A stretch of 64,000 bases of DNA from NCBI GenBank assembly GCA_044892525.1, contig CM097885.1:15626001-15690000 (forward strand), in the 5' to 3' direction. The notes below the pieces were generated by a model. The model made no database searches and had not been told where the DNA came from. It worked only from the letters and a program-made list of their open reading frames with translations. The DNA comes from Schmidtea polychroa. Its lineage: Eukaryota. Position numbers and translations under genes: made by a program. Shown here one piece after another: positions 58,177 through 64,000 of the stretch (within the stretch, counting starts at the first letter, position 1; each line of letters starts with the position of its first letter).

Positions 58177-59849
58177 CGAAGCAATCAAACACTTCCAACA
58201 AGGACGAAACTTTAAAATATTCACAGATCACAAACCGCTAACTAACGCAATCGAAATGAAGAATCCCTCACCAAGGCAGATTAGACAAATCAACTTCATT
58301 TTACAATTCAACTTCACAATAAACTACGTAGCGGGAAAATCAAACATGGCAGCTGTCGCTCTATCAAGAAACGAAAGTGACATAAACTCCCTGGAATTCG
58401 AAAAGATAATAGCACGACGTCTCTAACGAAAGCAACAAACGAATATTACTCCCGGAGGAATTCTGCGAAAACTGTATCGAGAAGATGCACAAGATCAATC
58501 ATTCAGGAAACAAAGTAACATTCGAACTAATACACAACAATTATATATGGCCTAACATGCGGAAAGACGTCAAAAACTACGTCAAGAGAGTTCACAGCTG
58601 CCAGTTAAACAAAACAACAAAAAAACTCAAACCTCAAAAAGTAAACTTCCCAAGCAGCAAAGTCTTCGAAACAATGCACACAGATATGGTAGGACCACTA
58701 CCACCAAACGACAACTACAAATACCTGCTGACAATTATAGACAGGAAGTCCAACTGGTTCGAAGTAATCTCAATAAAAGAAATCACCGCAAAAAATAAAT
58801 GTGAAATGGTCGAATTAAATTGAATAGCTCGTTATGGTCAACCGTAAACAATTATAACCGATCAAGGCAGACAGTTCGAATCAGAAATGTTCAAAATACT
58901 CTGCAACAAATACAACATCAAAAGGAACCGAACAACAGCTAACAACCCACAATCAAACGGAAAAAAGAGCGGTTCCACAGACATTAAAAGAAAGCATATG
59001 AACAAAAGCCAATGATCAAAATTGGTTAAATAATCTACTAATCGGACTGAAAAATAGTCCAAACTCAATAGATAATGAAAGTCCAGCAGTCAAGGTGTTC
59101 GGAAAAGCAACAAATTTACCATTACTCAAAAACAAAACAGCAGATAACACAGAAACAAACAAACAAACAACTAACAATAACAAAGGAAAAACAGATAAAA
59201 AACACAAAAGGAATTTTAAAAAGGAGACCGGACTCCGAATTGGATGGGAAAACAGTACTAACAACATATTTTTATTTCATCATAATAAAGAAACCATTCA
59301 CAAAAGGTTTCGAATCTAAATACGAAGGTCCATTCAAACTCTTAGAAATTAACAAAAACATCGCTACAATAATCAAAAAAACAACAAAATGAAAATAAAC
59401 ATATGACGAATAAAACCCTATCCCCTGAACGAAAACCCACAAAACAATCCACCAGAAAACAAAACACAAACACAAACGAAAACACAACCAATTCATAAAA
59501 ACATCACATTTAACCACAAAACCTCAATCAAACTATTTGACAAAGATACAATAATTACACCCTTATACAAAAAACGATACAGCGATTGCCTTAAATAAAA
59601 CACCCACAAAAAAAGTAAAAATAACAAAACACACTCACAAACAATACTAATTGTACAGTTTTTTTTATCAATTTCGTTGTATATATAGAGTAAATTGTAA
59701 ATTTTTTGTTTTATCCAGTTTATAGATACAAAGGAACAGAAACCAAATACATAAAAACATATAATACATACTAAAAAAAGGTTATTGAATGTAATTTTTT
59801 CGTTACCTTTAATTGATTCATGTTAAGCTCCGGTTTTAAAGGGGGAAGT
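58177..59849 (+). mobile_element. Degenerate Gypsy pol fragment (duplicate of 215-1887)
   Basis: Identical ORFs. Confidence 0.85.
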
Positions 59850-60486
59850 TGTGTAATGTACAGTTATATATTTTATTTATTTTTAAACAAGGTTTTGCCA
59901 CGCCTTGTTATTTTATTGAGTGTAGATCGCAATGGAAAAAGAATAAAAAATACTATATAGCGATAATTTACTATGGTAAATACAAATATCGACAAATCCC
60001 AACGTTTCAATCAAAAAGAAATTCATTCTATAATATTTATTCTACCATCCGTTATTTCTTTCAAACGTCAAAAGAAGATGCTCGAATTAATCCAAGAAAG
60101 TAAATTCGCCGAAATTAACGAAGGATTACCATTCGTTCCCTCTCTAACGTTTTACAATTTTTATTTAAATAAAGTTGGATTTTTAAATTGTTCATTGGTT
60201 CATAAAACTAATTTATTTTAACAAAACTTTGGTGATTTCTTTGCAATACTATCTAAATTGTTCTTCTATTCGTTTTTATTCGCTTGTTCATATAACTAAT
60301 TTTATTTTAATAATACTTTTGTGATTTCGTTTTATTACTGCCTAGATTTTATTTTGTCTACTCATAGTCATAAAATCCCTACACAACACGCACCCCGATT
60401 GTCCCGCCACATTTTTAACGGTGATTCTATCGGGCTCTCCAGATTTCCTCACACATACACACTCACTATGACGAATATAATATAGG

Positions 60487-62597
60487 TAGAGTTTCCAAAA
60501 TATCCGGTTTTTTAGTATCCACGAATACCGCTTTTCATTATTCGAAAACCGCGGTTAACCGGTCGGATACGGATATTTTGGAAAAAGCTAATTTAAAAAA
60601 GAAAAGATAAAAAAAAACTCGAAAAATTGTCAATTTAAGATGAAAATTTATTCACTTTTTTTCATTTATATACAAATATTTTAGAAAAACTAAGCAATTT
60701 AGAGATTAATCAGATAAATGGGTTCAAAGTTTACCACAAAAGTGGGAGGAAACGGAGAAAGTCCTTTCGGCTTCGTTTGATGATGGCTTTATTGTTGTTA
60801 AGGCTTCAAATAATTTTTCAAGTTTTCAGGCCTTTGAACTGTTTTCTTAAATATCATAAAGTCATCGTTGATGTTTAAGTTGGATTTTTGAAAATTTCCG
60901 CAAGTAACATAATTAATTGCAGTATCAAGCTCTGCTTCCAACGAAACTGGTGCATCCGTGTTCAAATCTACATGTTTTGGTGAAGATGAAGGTGACATGA
61001 TGAAGAAGATTCAAAAAGTCTAGCAAACAGATTAAATGCAAATTCCAAAACAATTTTTGATGGTTTTATAGAGTTATTGGTGAGGCATGCCAGAGTATCA
61101 ATAATGGTAGAGTGTTCTCGTTCTTTCATCCGTCGTTCGATATTTAATTTTAATGTACTACAGATCACGTCATTACATTCATTCAATATGTTGTACAGAA
61201 AAGTCATCGCTCCTTTTGCTGTTAATAAATTGGCGTCTTGTCTCCCCAATGTTTCAACAGCTAATGTTAATGGTTTTATTGCATTCATTAAGCTGCACAA
61301 TTTTTCGAAATCTATTCCAGATACTAGGTGAAGTGCATTTAATTCGATCAGCGTGTTTTGAATTGGAATTTGAACTCTGAGTAGTTTTTCTAACATAGGA
61401 TGAATAGAGTTCCACCTGTGTTTCAGATTTTTTTGTATGTCGACATCTTCATTATCTGCGAATTCTTCTTCATTAACATCATCGAAAAATTCATTGTCTT
61501 GGAAGTCGTCATCATCTTCTTCTTCTATAATGTCAACATCATTTGATTCAAAAACTTTCTTTTAATAAAATGTTTCAATTACCGCCAAATGCAGCCCTTG
61601 ACATAAACATAACTGTGATTCAGATGGACAATCTGAACCATACTTCACCATTACCCTGGCACCATCATTTGTAGTACAAACAATGTCGTTTTGGAACGAA
61701 AAATTAAACAACTCTAAATGCTTGGTTACAATTTCAAACACTACAGCTGCAGTACACGAACCAGTAGCTCTCACCAAACCTAGATTGTTGCAATTTCCAT
61801 TATTTCCATGTTCATTAATATTAATAATGCGACGATTTCGTGCACTTACCCACTCATCAAGGGTTATACTAAACTTACTATATCATTCTAAATTGTTGTT
61901 AATTTTTTTATTCCCTCTTTTTTTCTATTTCGAATTCAGTATCAGTTATATCCTCTGTCTACAATAGATTGTCTGATAAACTTGAAATTTGTAATTGCAC
62001 GAATTGTTATTCCGTTTTCAGCAGCTAATCTTGAAACAATCTCACTTAAACTTTGCCGTTTAACAAAATCCATCATCGTATTTCCTTTGATTTTCTTGAA
62101 GTTTTGCTCTTGCTCACCCAAAACGGATTCATCATTATCCCGTTTACAATAGATTTGTGTACCATTTTCAGATGGTTTAGCATACCACCCGTGTTTCCAT
62201 TACTATTTGAAATAAAAACTATTTACTTTAAAAACTGAACTTTGGCAAATTTTTTATTGGTAGAAGGAATTTTTAAAAATATTCCCAAACAGGAGCTGAT
62301 GGTGCCATGGGCTAAATAGTAGTACAATATAAATTTAATACAAGTTTTACGGTAAAAAATAAATTAATCATAATTACCTGTGATTATTTTCAATTCTTTG
62401 ATTTGAGAGCTTTTAACAATTTCGCAATAACTAATTATATCGATTTTTCATTCTATTTAAAATTTTATTCTATACATAATTTAAAATAATTTTCACTATC
62501 CGGTAATCGCGAGTGTATTTGAGCGGATACCGAATACGGATTTTTGTCTGCAAATTCGCGGATATCGGATACGGATTATCCGAACTGTCAAACTCTA
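60487..62597 (-). mobile_element. hAT transposon (duplicate of 2525-4635)
   Basis: Same TIRs and same TSD AATATAGG. Confidence 0.9.
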
Positions 62598-63928
62598 AAT
62601 ATAGGCTATATATTACACGTATAGAATACAATATCACCGAAATAACACACATAGAATATAATACACCGAAACCTCCAGCTATAATATAATAACTGGTATA
62701 ATAATAGCTATAATAGGGATGATCATTGCCGTGGTCGTTGCCAACGGTAGACAACCCAAATCCACTAGGTATTCATCATCATCTACTTGCCTACCATGGA
62801 CCATTATCAGGTATATACCTGTAGTTTTATCGGTAGCAATCACATCTCTCCTCAATATTCTGACTTTGATATAACAGTTAAAAATCATTGTTAATGGTTC
62901 TTTTCCAACCATTCGCACGTCCAGATTAATGTTGCCTTGATTGTTAGGCTGACTTCGGATTGTTTTCCCATTTCTCCTCATCAACGCTTCGATTTGCGTC
63001 TGAAATGGGCTTGTTTCTTTTACCACTGGTAGTATAATTGGAATTATTGCTACCAACAAATCTACTGGTATTCGTAATACTAACATCCAGTCTAGTATTT
63101 CTTTTATGGTTTCTCCGTCTCATGGAGAATTTTGTAATTCTAACCCTTGTCGTTGGGATAATTGTTGAGTTTCCTCCAATCTCTCAATTTCCATCTAAGT
63201 AATTAAGAATATACTGTCTTGATACATTACCGCCACTGGCTTCGGTGCTGTCTTTGTTGTGAGCTTCGTCACTCTACCGAGGAGTATCCCGTTCTGTAGA
63301 AGTGTTTGGTTTGCTTCTAGTTTTATTCCACATAAGTACAAGTCATATCATTGATGCTTAATACTTGTCAATGTCTCTGTTAATTTATCTGCTCGACATC
63401 TTGCATTTATATCGAGAATATACTCTTTATCCTGAGGGAGTTTTATATTGAGCTAAGCATCTTGGAGATCTCACTCATTCTCCATGATTTCTTCTAATAT
63501 CCTTAGGATTTTATATGTGTCGTTATGATGCATTGGGTCATCTTCAATCTGCGATATCAGCTTCACTAATGTATCAATGAAAAATATTTATTTTGATATA
63601 TTTTTAATTTGTATTTGTCGTTAAAAATGTTAAAATTTTACATTTCTGTATCAAATTGTAATTTAAATAATTTTGTAATATTTAAAATAAATAAGAAAAA
63701 AATTAGCATTAATAATATTTTGAATTGCTCTAAAAGCTAAAGAACAATATTTATAAAATGTTTGTTTCTCTACTTCAAAATACAAATTATAAATATTGAA
63801 ATTGTAAACGTCAGAGGAAATAATTAATATAATAAGTATGATTATTGAAATGTTGTAAAATGTTGAAATATTTTGATAATTTTGTTAATTTTAGAGTTAA
63901 TTTTATAGTTTGTTAATTTTATAGTTAA

Positions 63929-64000
63929 ATGTTGGCAAGCGTATGGGAAATGATGAAGAGGAAAGAATTTGAATTTGATAATGAAATCAGCAGTGAATTG
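63929..64000 (+). CDS. Start of TRAF copy 4 (duplicate of copy 1), cut by window end
   Basis: MLASVWEMMKRKEFEFDNEISSEL identical to copy 1. Confidence 0.88.
   Translation, partial: MLASVWEMMKRKEFEFDNEISSEL

Larger units (their letters stand above)
57855..64000 (+). repeat. Segmental duplication, copy 2 of 1-6038
   Basis: Identical ORF set at offset 57962. Confidence 0.95.

Overview
Very AT-rich eukaryotic (metazoan) DNA with short 42-55 nt introns, long (ATT)n/(TA)n tracts and dense transposon debris. A planarian-type flatworm is plausible, but that is inference only. The window holds a tandem array of TRAF genes (3 complete copies, 1 partial) inside nested segmental duplications, and the first ~6 kb recurs almost identically ~58 kb downstream. 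The standout is a young, pol-less BEL/Pao-type LTR element (13508-18770). Its ~0.9-kb LTRs each contain an intronless DUSP12/YVH1-like phosphatase ORF, which in the 5' LTR reads through the primer-binding site in frame into two ubiquitin domains, Gag and protease. Two solo LTRs of the same design (23262-24133, 52375-53171; TG..CA ends, 6-bp TSD, same GC palindrome) instead carry a proteasome alpha-subunit retrocopy, which in the intact copy exits the LTR in the same codon phase. This suggests an LTR family with an exchangeable host-gene cassette inside the LTR. Also present: a Polinton-like remnant with a packaging ATPase fragment next to a spliced Bcl-2-family pseudogene, a mini Gypsy element reduced to RNase H-integrase, hAT/hATm/piggyBac/Tc1-type elements, and TMEM104-like and GIGYF-like pseudogenes. 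All homology calls come from motif recognition by eye; no database searches were run.
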